IMG/VR virus record: IMGVR_UViG_3300021399_000158
Span: 2,920-66,919 of that record
Strand: one strand, 5' to 3'
Length of the DNA: 64,000 nucleotides
DNA from: a virus
Lineage: Duplodnaviria; Caudoviricetes
The position numbers and the translations under genes are program-made. Numbering within the stretch: the first letter of the stretch is position 1; each line of letters starts with the position of its first letter. This document shows positions 20,200 through 29,900 of this stretch, piece by piece. The notes under the pieces are model-generated. The model ran no database searches and was not told where the DNA came from. It saw nothing but the letters and a program-made list of their open reading frames with translations.

Positions 20200-22659
20200 T
20201 TGAGCGTTAGATTTGACAAGACTATTAAGACTCTTGCACGGACGCTGCAAGATACCAACAAAAGAGGAACCAAACCTTACGAGACCGAAGCAACTGTCGT
20301 ACGAGTTGAAGGAGACACACTTTGGGTCCATATTGATGGAGGTGCAGATGAAACACCAGTTAAGAAAACCATTGCAGCATCCATTGGTGACACTGTCCAT
20401 ATTAAGATTGCCAATAAATCCGCTTACATTGTTGGCAATTACACCGCGCCACCAAGTGACTCAGAAGAGACACTGAAGATTGTAGAGGAGCAAATTAGTT
20501 CTGGAGCAATCAGAGGTAGAGATGGAGAGCCAGGAAAGGACGGAGCTCCTGGGCAAGACGGAGCATCTACTAAGAAGGTCGAGATTGTATATTGTCTGGC
20601 TCTTTCTGATGCGGCGGATGAAGATGGCGAACCTGAGGACATGATATCTGAAGACTGGCAGGCTGATATTCCGACGCTTGCTGATGTTCCGATAGAGGAA
20701 GGGGAAGAGACGATTGACGACCCGGAAGAAATAGCGGATATTCCCACAAATGGGTACGTGGATCTTGGGTATTATGTTTCCGAACTCAAGTCGTTTAAGG
20801 TAAACGGAACAGAATACACGGACTACACTCTCGAAACTCTTTCGGAAGAAGACGACGAAGGGGAAATGTATACCACTTCCATCGCTAGAATCAATCCCGA
20901 AACCTGGCCAAGCAGCGTCACAAACATTACATATTACTACGTAGAGGCTATTGACCCGTTGAGTATCTTCTATATCTGGATGCGCACCCTAACCTACACA
21001 ACTGACATGGAAGAGGGCGACGATCCGGAAGAAGGAGTCCCCTCAATCTACGGAACACTGACGGCAGAAGGCGGAACAGATTTCAAAGTCCGTACAATCA
21101 TTCGGGAAGAGAAATGGTTCTGCTTAGCTACTGCCGTAGCTCTGGGTCCCGGACAGAAGTTCGAGGATATTCAGAAGACTGAGTGGTCAACAACGATTCC
21201 GGATATTAAAGAGGCTAAGGACGAGTTCAGTATCGACTTATATTACTGGACTTATATCAAATATTATTACTCCGATGGCACAACAGCTGTCAGCCCGCCG
21301 TATTACGACTTCTCAGCTCAAATAGCTTACGAGGTTTCACAGGCAGAAACAAGCCAGGACAACCATTTCTGGTCGAATGCGAATGGCGCTTTCGTAGGTC
21401 ACTACGAGAACGACCCCGACAGAGACCACGTGGTTAAAGTAGTAGGAGAGGGCGTTCTGCTGTATAAAGATGGCGAACGTATGGCTTCGTTTACTGATTC
21501 CGGCGTTGCTTTCAGAGGCAAAGTTGGAGGCACTTGGACTGAATTAGCTAGGTATACGAATCTTGGCATTAGCTTTGCGCAAAATGTCGACTACACTATT
21601 GGCGACCCATCTGGTCAGTATATCAAGTGGGATTCCGCAAACAAGCGAATTGTTATTTGCGCTCAATCGCTTGTATATGGCTCGAATAATGTTGACTTGG
21701 CTACCGAATTAGATAGCGTTAAAACAAAGGCTAATACAGCTGATACGAATGCTAGTCAGGCTAAGAGCACTGCTAGTACTGCGAATACTAATGCTACTAG
21801 TGCATATAATAAAGCCGTTGCCGCTCAGAATGCTGCCGACAAAGCTAACAATCTTATTTATATGAGCGGTAGTGGATTATATGTCGTGAATAGTAGCGAC
21901 ACGAGCCAGAAAATTTTAATCGATTCGTACGGGATGAATGTGTACTATAGTGGCACATCAGTGGCACAATTCGGTGCGTCAACAAGAATAGGCTATAATA
22001 ATTCTTGGCATATATCGTTAGATAACACGAAACTTTCTTTTTATAATTCTTCTGGAAGTAGTATCGGATATATCGGTACTTGGCAGGATACTGAGGAGTA
22101 TCTTAGCGGTATTCAGATATCTTCGGCGCTCCCAGCGCTTTTTCTTACCTCGAATAAAGTTAAGATATTTTGTGGTTCAGATGATAACGCGTTTGTTGTT
22201 CGATGTAATAACAAAAAAATGATAGAGTATAACTATTCCTCCAGCGCACCGTATAACAGACTTCGTTTCCCGGAAGCATACCACACTGGTTCAGCTTCCG
22301 GCAAACAAGCTTACATTAATGAATATGGTTGGCTGAATGCTTCAAGTTCTAAAAGAGAAATTAAGACTGATATAACAAGCGAGTTTAATAGCGAAAATAA
22401 TCCACGTAATCTATACAATGTGCCGGTTCGTCAGTTTAAGTATAAAGAAGGTTATATCGATCCTGACGACTATAATTATGGAAAAGATGTCGTTGGAATA
22501 ATAGCCGAGGAAATTGATGAAGCTTATCCGGTTGGCGCTTATCATGAAATGGACGGTACACCTGGGGATTGGGATATTCGTACTGTTGTCCCCGCCATGC
22601 TCAAACTTATCCAGGAGCAGCATGAGGAAATCGAAGCTATTAAAGCACAACTCAATTAG
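20200..22659 (+). CDS. Tail fibre/spike with C-terminal intramolecular chaperone (peptidase S74-like)
   Basis: Short collagen-like GRDGEPGKDGAPGQDG, alanine-rich coiled coil, C-terminal SSKREIKTDI...VRQFKYK...GIIAEEIDEAYP...LIQEQHEEIEAIK; TTG start after GGAGG. Confidence 0.8.
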   Translation: MSVRFDKTIKTLARTLQDTNKRGTKPYETEATVVRVEGDTLWVHIDGGADETPVKKTIAASIGDTVHIKIANKSAYIVGNYTAPPSDSEETLKIVEEQISSGAIRGRDGEPGKDGAPGQDGASTKKVEIVYCLALSDAADEDGEPEDMISEDWQADIPTLADVPIEEGEETIDDPEEIADIPTNGYVDLGYYVSELKSFKVNGTEYTDYTLETLSEEDDEGEMYTTSIARINPETWPSSVTNITYYYVEAIDPLSIFYIWMRTLTYTTDMEEGDDPEEGVPSIYGTLTAEGGTDFKVRTIIREEKWFCLATAVALGPGQKFEDIQKTEWSTTIPDIKEAKDEFSIDLYYWTYIKYYYSDGTTAVSPPYYDFSAQIAYEVSQAETSQDNHFWSNANGAFVGHYENDPDRDHVVKVVGEGVLLYKDGERMASFTDSGVAFRGKVGGTWTELARYTNLGISFAQNVDYTIGDPSGQYIKWDSANKRIVICAQSLVYGSNNVDLATELDSVKTKANTADTNASQAKSTASTANTNATSAYNKAVAAQNAADKANNLIYMSGSGLYVVNSSDTSQKILIDSYGMNVYYSGTSVAQFGASTRIGYNNSWHISLDNTKLSFYNSSGSSIGYIGTWQDTEEYLSGIQISSALPALFLTSNKVKIFCGSDDNAFVVRCNNKKMIEYNYSSSAPYNRLRFPEAYHTGSASGKQAYINEYGWLNASSSKREIKTDITSEFNSENNPRNLYNVPVRQFKYKEGYIDPDDYNYGKDVVGIIAEEIDEAYPVGAYHEMDGTPGDWDIRTVVPAMLKLIQEQHEEIEAIKAQLN

Positions 22660-22674
22660 AAAGGAGCTAATCTA

Positions 22675-22893
22675 ATGTACATAGTATACGAAATACAAGG
22701 GACCGGCGATAGCGTATCCACCCTTACGTATGATTACAAAAATAAGAATGAAGCAGAAAGCAAATACCATTCGGTTCTTTCGGATGCTGCGGTCAGTTCC
22801 GTTCCAATTCATACTGCGATACTTATGACCGACAAAGGGACTAGCTTAGATAAACAGTATTACGAACACCCAGTAGAGGAGGCAGCAGAATGA
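22675..22893 (+). CDS. Small tail-associated hypothetical protein
   Basis: 72 aa, GAAAGGAG RBS. Confidence 0.6.
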   Translation: MYIVYEIQGTGDSVSTLTYDYKNKNEAESKYHSVLSDAAVSSVPIHTAILMTDKGTSLDKQYYEHPVEEAAE

Positions 22894-23051
22894 TCAACAA
22901 AATCATAGCAGCAAACAACGAGCTGCAGCAGGTCTACGTCCGTGGCATTGACGCAGTCCATATGGCTAAGGCTCTTATGGCAATCGAAGAAGTTTATAAC
23001 GAACTCCTCGAGCAGGAGACAGCAAAAGTATCTGAGGAAAATCAGGATTGA
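22890..23051 (+). CDS. 53-aa helical hypothetical protein (absent from ORF track)
   Basis: ATGA overlap with previous gene, GGAGG RBS; MINKIIAANNELQQVYVRGIDAVHMAKALM... Confidence 0.55.
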   Translation: MINKIIAANNELQQVYVRGIDAVHMAKALMAIEEVYNELLEQETAKVSEENQD

Positions 23052-23117
23052 AATCCGAAAAATTCCCCGGGTGAGATTTTCTGAAAACAATTCTATATTC
23101 TGAAAAGGAGCTAAGTC

Positions 23118-23645
23118 ATGTCTACGCTACATTTCGACAAACAAGGCAGTTTCTCGACCGCTGTAGACCTAACGATGGTGTTAAACGAATCGGTCAACAA
23201 CTTGGTTCCTATAGCTCAAAAGGTCGGATACGAATTCGATGGTTGGTTCTGCACTTACACCTCTGGTGGTCACGTTGAGGAGAAAGTCGTACGAGTTTAC
23301 AGCAGCGACAAACCTATGTGGGAAGCCAAAGACCGGCAGGTAATCGTTTACGAGGACAATACATGGTGGGAAGCCGAGTATATTCCTCAATCAGACACTC
23401 CTGTAGTTGTCGAGGATATTAAGGTATTCGATTCGAAGGGCAGGGCAGTAAAATCTGACGTATTCTGGACAGATGACTACCCTAATGGTGTCTATAAGAA
23501 TCGTAAGAACATCACAGTATATCCTGTATGGCACGAGGTTCCATTCGTCAATGAATATTTCGACCAGGAAAATGAGAAATGCCACTTATATGCAGAAGTT
23601 GATGGCGTAATGACAAGAGTAGAAGTCTTTAGAGGAGGTAGCTAA
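23118..23645 (+). CDS. Protein with a split InlB B-repeat (Listeria-Bacteroides repeat)-like domain
   Basis: KVGYEFDGWF...SGG and DVFWTDD...NITVYPVW halves of the repeat. Confidence 0.5.
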   Translation: MSTLHFDKQGSFSTAVDLTMVLNESVNNLVPIAQKVGYEFDGWFCTYTSGGHVEEKVVRVYSSDKPMWEAKDRQVIVYEDNTWWEAEYIPQSDTPVVVEDIKVFDSKGRAVKSDVFWTDDYPNGVYKNRKNITVYPVWHEVPFVNEYFDQENEKCHLYAEVDGVMTRVEVFRGGS

Positions 23646-23905
23646 TGGGAGTTAATAAGATCACCTATGGTAACGAAACTCTGATAGACCTTACTAATGA
23701 CACTGTTACCGCTGATACGCTGGTGAACGGCAAGACAGCTCACAACGCCAATGGTGATATTGTTGAGGGTACTCTTGTTCCGGTCGACTTGTCAAAGGAT
23801 ACTGTCACAGCTTCTACGTTATCACAGGGTATCACCGCCCATGATAAGGATGGCACCCCGATAACTGGTACTTTAGTACCGGTCGTAGATGCAGTATGGG
23901 GGTGA
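23645..23905 (+). CDS. Small tail-fibre-associated repeat protein
   Basis: Two internal repeats DLTNDTVTADTLVNGKTAHNANG / DLSKDTVTASTLSQGITAHDKDG. Confidence 0.6.
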   Translation: MGVNKITYGNETLIDLTNDTVTADTLVNGKTAHNANGDIVEGTLVPVDLSKDTVTASTLSQGITAHDKDGTPITGTLVPVVDAVWG

Positions 23906-23909
23906 TATT

Positions 23910-25283
23910 TTGAGTTTAACAGCGAGCGAGTTTATTGCTCTAAAAACAAAAGTAAAGAATGAAATGGCGAGGAGGAAGTACTATGGCTCACTTGAGACAT
24001 TTGCTTCCTCTTCTTACGATTTCCAGACTACGCCTGTCCAAGGACAGCGTATATTAGCCGAACAAGGTCAGAAAGTTATTGACCTGGCACTCAAGATCGC
24101 AGATGTCGATGGTTACGCATTAGTAGAGCAGGGTGATAAGCTGCCTGATTCAATGACGGCTCTGTCGAACAAGCTCGATCAGTGGGCTAATGAGTCTTTG
24201 ACCGGCTCTAGCTCCTGCAGGGGAGCATGCACAGGCTTATGCACTACCGCGTGCTCCGGAGCTTGTAAGAATGGATGCAAGGGCTGCCAGGGATGCGGAT
24301 CAGCATGCCAGGGCGGATGCGGTAGTAACTGCACGAGTTCGTGCTCCGCACAATGTACGACTGGATGCGGAACTAACTGCTCAAGCTCGTGTGCTACTAG
24401 CTGCGGCGGTTGTGGCAATTCTTGCGGCACTGCTTGCACCAGTGGCTGTACCGGATGTCAGGGGTGCTCATCATGTGCTGGATCTTGTAAGGACGGATGT
24501 AACGATTCGTGCTCCGGAAACTGCGGAACTGGGTGCACCGGTTCTTGTCATGATGCATGCACTTCAAACTGCAAATCCGATTGCGCTGGGGGATGCAATA
24601 CCACATGCTCAAGCGGTTGTAAAAGCGGCAGTTGCAAGAATGGATGTATCGGTTGCGACACTTATTGCAAGGACGCTTGCGCAGGATGCCATACCACATG
24701 CACTGGTGTGTGCAGTAAAGGCGGTTGCAAATCGGTATGCAAAGGTAGTGAATGCAAGGGCGGATGCTCCGGGCATTGCAAAGGAAACTGTACTGGCGAT
24801 TGTTATGGTTGCTGTAGTAACAACTGCGCTGGTAAATGTGAAGGCGGCTGCAATGGCTGCTCTACGGACTGTGGCGGGGGATGTAAGGCGACTTGCTCTA
24901 CAAGCTGTGGAAAATGCGACGGTCGCTGTTCCAAAACTTGCGGGGCTTCGTGCGGGAATTGCACAAGAACTTGCACCGCTACTTGCGGAGGCAGTTGCTC
25001 AGATACGTGTGGATCTAACTGTACAGGAAACTGTCGTTCTGGATGCTCGGGCTGTCAAGGATGTCAAGGATGTGGCGGAACTTGCGGAAGTGTTTGTAGA
25101 GACGCTTGTACAGCGAATTGCTCTGCTGCGTGCCGAACCGGATGTGACAGCTCATGCACTGGCTGCAGCACGCAATGCTCAAACACTTGTCTGACAACAT
25201 GCTCAAACACATGCTCAACAGGCTGCAGTGGCGGGTGCTTTGGTTCGTGCTCCGGCGGAGCCATGGCGCTTAAGAAGAAATAG
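23910..25283 (+). CDS. Giant Cys-rich CXXX-repeat protein, putative radical SAM target
   Basis: About 100-aa Cys-free N-terminal domain, then about 91 Cys (hand count) in CxxxC/CxxC periodicity with G/S/T fill; TTG start at 23910 after GGGGGTGA. Confidence 0.85.
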   Translation: MSLTASEFIALKTKVKNEMARRKYYGSLETFASSSYDFQTTPVQGQRILAEQGQKVIDLALKIADVDGYALVEQGDKLPDSMTALSNKLDQWANESLTGSSSCRGACTGLCTTACSGACKNGCKGCQGCGSACQGGCGSNCTSSCSAQCTTGCGTNCSSSCATSCGGCGNSCGTACTSGCTGCQGCSSCAGSCKDGCNDSCSGNCGTGCTGSCHDACTSNCKSDCAGGCNTTCSSGCKSGSCKNGCIGCDTYCKDACAGCHTTCTGVCSKGGCKSVCKGSECKGGCSGHCKGNCTGDCYGCCSNNCAGKCEGGCNGCSTDCGGGCKATCSTSCGKCDGRCSKTCGASCGNCTRTCTATCGGSCSDTCGSNCTGNCRSGCSGCQGCQGCGGTCGSVCRDACTANCSAACRTGCDSSCTGCSTQCSNTCLTTCSNTCSTGCSGGCFGSCSGGAMALKKK

Positions 25284-25298
25284 AAAGGAGATCAATCA

Positions 25299-25625
25299 AT
25301 GGAGAAGTTTACATTTGATTTAACAGAAGAGCAGATCACATATTTGCAGAGACTTGGAAACGAAGTCGACACTAAAGTTTTTCTCATCGATAGAATGATG
25401 GCAAATCATGCAACTGATACAGATCTCAGTCTGTTTGAATCCAAGCCTTTTAAACATTTCATGAGCGAGTATGAGAAATCTTATGCTATGTGGGAAATGG
25501 CTAAAAGCGAATTCGAGAAAACTGTGGTTAATCCGATCGTGGCCGAGAAGTATGGTCCGAATGCGTTATATTCGTGGATGATCAACGACTTCGAAGAAGG
25601 TACATGCGAGGTGACGATTCAGTGA
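25299..25625 (+). CDS. CXXX-repeat modification system accessory protein (putative)
   Basis: 108 aa between target and rSAM; LTEEQ N-terminus and WMINDFEEGTCEV end resemble, from memory, the small CXXX-system associated family; not searched. Confidence 0.5.
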   Translation: MEKFTFDLTEEQITYLQRLGNEVDTKVFLIDRMMANHATDTDLSLFESKPFKHFMSEYEKSYAMWEMAKSEFEKTVVNPIVAEKYGPNALYSWMINDFEEGTCEVTIQ

Positions 25626-26941
25626 AGCGCAGCAAGAAAAGTTCTGAGCAGTATCAGGACATGGTAGCGCGTTTATATCCCGAATTAAAAGGAAAAGACA
25701 ACTTCCCATGTATGGAAATCACATTCCAGGTCACTGACGCTTGTTCTCTTGCCTGCACATACTGTTATCAGATCGATAAGGGGCATAAGGTTATGCCTTT
25801 CGAGACAGCAAAGACCTTTATCGACAATCTCTTCGATGGTTTTTACAAAGGTTACGTTTCCGAAGAGGAGAAACCTTTCCTCGTTCTCGATTTCATTGGC
25901 GGTGAACCATTTCTTCAGCCTAAGTTGATCGAACAGATCTGCGACTATTTCTTTGATACGGCGATTGAACGCATGTCGCCGTGGGCAGAGCGTACAATGA
26001 TATCTGTATGCTCAAACGGAGTGGCATGGTTCGATCCTGACGTCCAGCATTTTGTTAACAAATACCGCGAACGGTTGTCTATATCGGTAACGATTGACGG
26101 CAACAAGGAACTTCACGACTCCTGCAGGATATTTCCTGATGGTAGACCCAGCTATGATCTGGCTGTAGCAGCGGCTAAAGACTGGATGGATCGTGGCGGG
26201 GAGATGGGCAGCAAGATTACTATCTGTCCTGAAAACCTTCGATATATGAACGACGCCATCCTTCATATGATCGAACTCGGTTACGACGAGATCAACGCGA
26301 ATGTCGTTTATGAAGAAGGATGGACGATCGAGCACGCTAAGGAATACTACCAGAAACTCAAGGAGATTGCCAATCACTTCATTGACAACGATTTGGTCAG
26401 TGATATTTACCTTTCGTTGTTCACAGAGATTTTGGGGTATCCAAAACCAGAGGATGATGACAAAACCTGGTGCGGTGGAGTAGGGAACGCCATGCTCTCT
26501 ATCGATCCGGATGGTAAGTTCTTCCCTTGTATTCGCTACATGCATTCCTCACTTGGCGACGACCAGCCGCCTCTGTCGATCGGAGATGTATGGACAGGTA
26601 TCGGCAAGAATGAGGAAGACGCAGCATGGATCAAATGCCTCGGATGTATCACAAGACGATCAGAGAGTACGGACGAGTGCTTCTATTGCCCGATCGCAGA
26701 AGGGTGCTCCGAATGCTCCGCATACAACTACCAGGTCAATGGCACACCTGATTCGCGATGCACATTCATTTGCGACATGCACAAAGCCAGAGTCATGGCT
26801 AACTCATATTTCTGGAACAAGTGGTATCGCAAGACCTGTCAGGACAAGCGATTCGCGCTGCATATTCCGGATGACTGGGCTTTGGAAATTATTGATGAGA
26901 AAGAACTTGAGATGCTTAAAGAATTATCTAAGGAGAATTAA
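25622..26941 (+). CDS. Radical SAM/SPASM peptide maturase
   Basis: CxxxCxxC (CSLACTYC), FIGGEP, and SPASM Cys set WCGG...FPC...CFYC...CSEC...C; GTG start overlapping previous TGA. Confidence 0.92.
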   Translation: MKRSKKSSEQYQDMVARLYPELKGKDNFPCMEITFQVTDACSLACTYCYQIDKGHKVMPFETAKTFIDNLFDGFYKGYVSEEEKPFLVLDFIGGEPFLQPKLIEQICDYFFDTAIERMSPWAERTMISVCSNGVAWFDPDVQHFVNKYRERLSISVTIDGNKELHDSCRIFPDGRPSYDLAVAAAKDWMDRGGEMGSKITICPENLRYMNDAILHMIELGYDEINANVVYEEGWTIEHAKEYYQKLKEIANHFIDNDLVSDIYLSLFTEILGYPKPEDDDKTWCGGVGNAMLSIDPDGKFFPCIRYMHSSLGDDQPPLSIGDVWTGIGKNEEDAAWIKCLGCITRRSESTDECFYCPIAEGCSECSAYNYQVNGTPDSRCTFICDMHKARVMANSYFWNKWYRKTCQDKRFALHIPDDWALEIIDEKELEMLKELSKEN

Positions 26942-26945
26942 ATAA

Positions 26946-29900
26946 ATGTCTAAAGAAGTAAGAATGCTTAATGAGATCAGCAAAGCTTTGGGCGGTGCTG
27001 AGCACGTACAGAGAAAAGATATTCTGGAAGAGATTGCAGGGCTGTCCGACTCCTTAGGTCCGGAGCAGCATATTCTGCCTCCCAGTCAGGTTGATCCGGA
27101 AACAGGTTTGCCTACGGTAGAAGACCCGGAAGAAGGCGCGTTTTATCTGGTCCCCTCAGGTGAGGAGGAGCCGAATCTTTATAACGAGTATATTTGGACC
27201 GGCGACGGTTGGGAGCTGTTTGGGTCTGGTGGTGGCGGTAAAGTTGATACAGATCGCGTCGTTGAAATAACTACGGAAGATTTTATCGACAGCGCTGACG
27301 AAAATGGGAACATTAAAGAGTTAGATGTTTTGGCGACCGCGATTAGAAGAAAATGGTCTAACAATACTCTGGGGGTCACCGCTGATGGCATTTATTGTAT
27401 TTTGTCGCCAACGAGTCGCGTTATTGAGCCTCTTAAAATAAGAATGCTTGATAGTAGTAACGTAAGACGCGATTTATTAGATTCCTCCGCTCAAGAAACT
27501 ATCTTAGCCTTTGTATACGTATACTTTATGGGGCAATATGTTACAGCCCCTATGGGAGTAGCATGGACTCGGGTGTTCGATATTTATTCGTCAGCGATAT
27601 TCAGCGGTGTTAATAGAGACTACGACACTAGCAAATATTCAAGTTATATAATTAATTGGGAGTACGAATCAAGAAACTATAAGGTATTACCAATTGTTTG
27701 CAATGGAACGGCGGACGTGCGTTTGGTTGGCAAACTTAAAAACATTGACGATCGAGGAACTGGGGTTGTTGAGGGGAACATTGTGTCAAACGCCGCTTCT
27801 GGAGAATACGCCCATGCTGAAGGCAATAATACAAAAGCTTCAGGTGATGATTCCCACGCGGAAGGGATTGACGTGAAAGCTTCTGGCAATTACTCTCACG
27901 CTGAAGGTGGTCTCACAACCGCTTCTAGTGATTATTCCCACGCGGAAGGCAATCAATCAACTGCTTCTGGTAGTTGCTCTCATGCAGAAGGAACTGCCAC
28001 GATTGCTTATGGTCGTTTATCTCATGCAGAAGGAAATAGCACAAAAGCATACGGCGAAGCTTCTCATGCTGAGGGTTATGGCGGAGTAACTGGAGAGGAT
28101 GGCAATAGTGGAACCGGGTTTTATGCTCACGCAGAAGGCTACCAGACAACAGCTTCCGCTAACCGCTCTCACGCAGAAGGATATAAAACAATCGCTTCTA
28201 GCGATAGTTCCCATTCAGAAGGTTATCAGACAACCGCTTCTGGAGCATACGCCCATGCTGAAGGCAATAATACAAGAGCTTCTCGTGATAGTTCTCATTC
28301 AGAAGGATACAACACAACCGCATCGGGCAAATACTCTCACGCAGAAGGTAACGATGCGACCGCATCTGGCGAAAGCTCTCACGCAGAAGGGGGCGCAACC
28401 GCATCGGGCAAATACTCTCACGCAGAAGGTAACGATGCGACCGCTTCCGGAATTAATTCTCACGCAGAAGGATATAACACAAAAGCCCAAGGCGATTATT
28501 CTCACGCAGAAGGTAACAATGCAACCGCATCGGGCAAATACTCTCACGCAGAAGGATGGGGGAAAACATACGGCGAAGCTTCTCACGCCGAAGGTTTGGG
28601 GGTAACAGGAGTTTCTGACAATCCTGATAAAGGCGGATATTCTCATGCAGAAGGATATACCACAAAAGCCCAAGGCAACTATTCTCACGCGGAAGGAAGG
28701 GAAACAAAGGCGATTGGCGAGGAATCTCATGCAGAAGGTGGTCTCACAACCGCTTCTGGTCTACGTTCCCATTCGGAAGGATTTAGTACAACCGCTTCTG
28801 GTGATTATTCTCACGCAGAAGGCGACCAATCAACGGCTTCTGGTGATGATTCCCACGCTGAAGGACGGGGCACGAACGCTTCTGGCATTCAGTCTCACGC
28901 GGAAGGCGCAAAAGTAAGTGATACCGATATACAATATAAAGGAGAAACAACTACATTAGCTCCTGCAGTAGCAGCAGGCGCCCATTCGCATATTGAAGGC
29001 CAGGACACGAGAACCGAAACGACAGCGTCAAATGCGCACGCTGAGGGGTATCGTACATATGCTAAAAATGCTAATGCTCACGCAGAAGGTTCTACCACAA
29101 CAGCTTCTGGCGAAAGTTCCCATGCGGAAGGCTTCTTTACAAAAGCTTCTGGCGATAGTTCCCATGCGGAAGGCGTTACCACAACAGCTTCTGGCAATAA
29201 TTCTCACGCAGAAGGTAGCTCTACAGAAGCCTCTGGTGCAAAGTCTCATGCTGAAGGGTTTGGGACAATTGCTTCTGGCGAAGATTCTCATGCCGAGGGA
29301 CATGCTCCTCGAGCTTCTGGCGATAGTTCCCATGCGGAAGGTAGCAGCACGACAGCTTCTGGATATAATTCGCATGCGGAAGGTAACCATACAATCGCTA
29401 ACCACAAATCCCAGCATGTTCATGGCGAATACAATATTTCCGACCCTTCAACGGCTGAGGCCACAGAACGTGGCAATTATGTTGAAATCGTCGGTAATGG
29501 TACAGCAGACAACGCTCGTTCCAACGCCCGTACACTTGACTGGTCAGGTAATGAACGGCTGGCTGGTAAGCTGACTGTCGGGGCTGATCCTACAGAGGAT
29601 ATGGATGTTGCGACTAAGCAGTATGTGGATGAGAATGCTGGCGGGGGCGGGCAGTTACCTCTTATTAAGGTTACTCCGCATTACGGTCCAACATCATATT
29701 ATGAAATCGATTGGACTTATGAACAACTAACAGATTATTTTAGTTCGCTCGACGATCCTACTTTTATTAGTTGCCTTGTGTGGGTTACAGCTGGACCAGA
29801 AAACTATTCGATCGGGGAAATTTTAAGAAATGTAAATATGTCTGATAATACTACTACATTTGTTATCCGATATATTGAAGGCGCTACTATGTTGTGGCCG

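Noticed and set aside
24271-25194. 307-aa alternative-frame + strand ORF inside the Cys-rich gene, and similar ones inside the SHAEG fibre (28099, 28645, 28993)
   Set aside because: Stop-free frames are expected from repetitive TGC/GGN or GCN-rich coding; no RBS or protein-like composition
27790-29420. Possible CRISPR array from regularly spaced tctcacgcagaagg units
   Set aside because: Units are in-frame 42-bp coding repeats with degenerate third positions and related spacers; no cas genes
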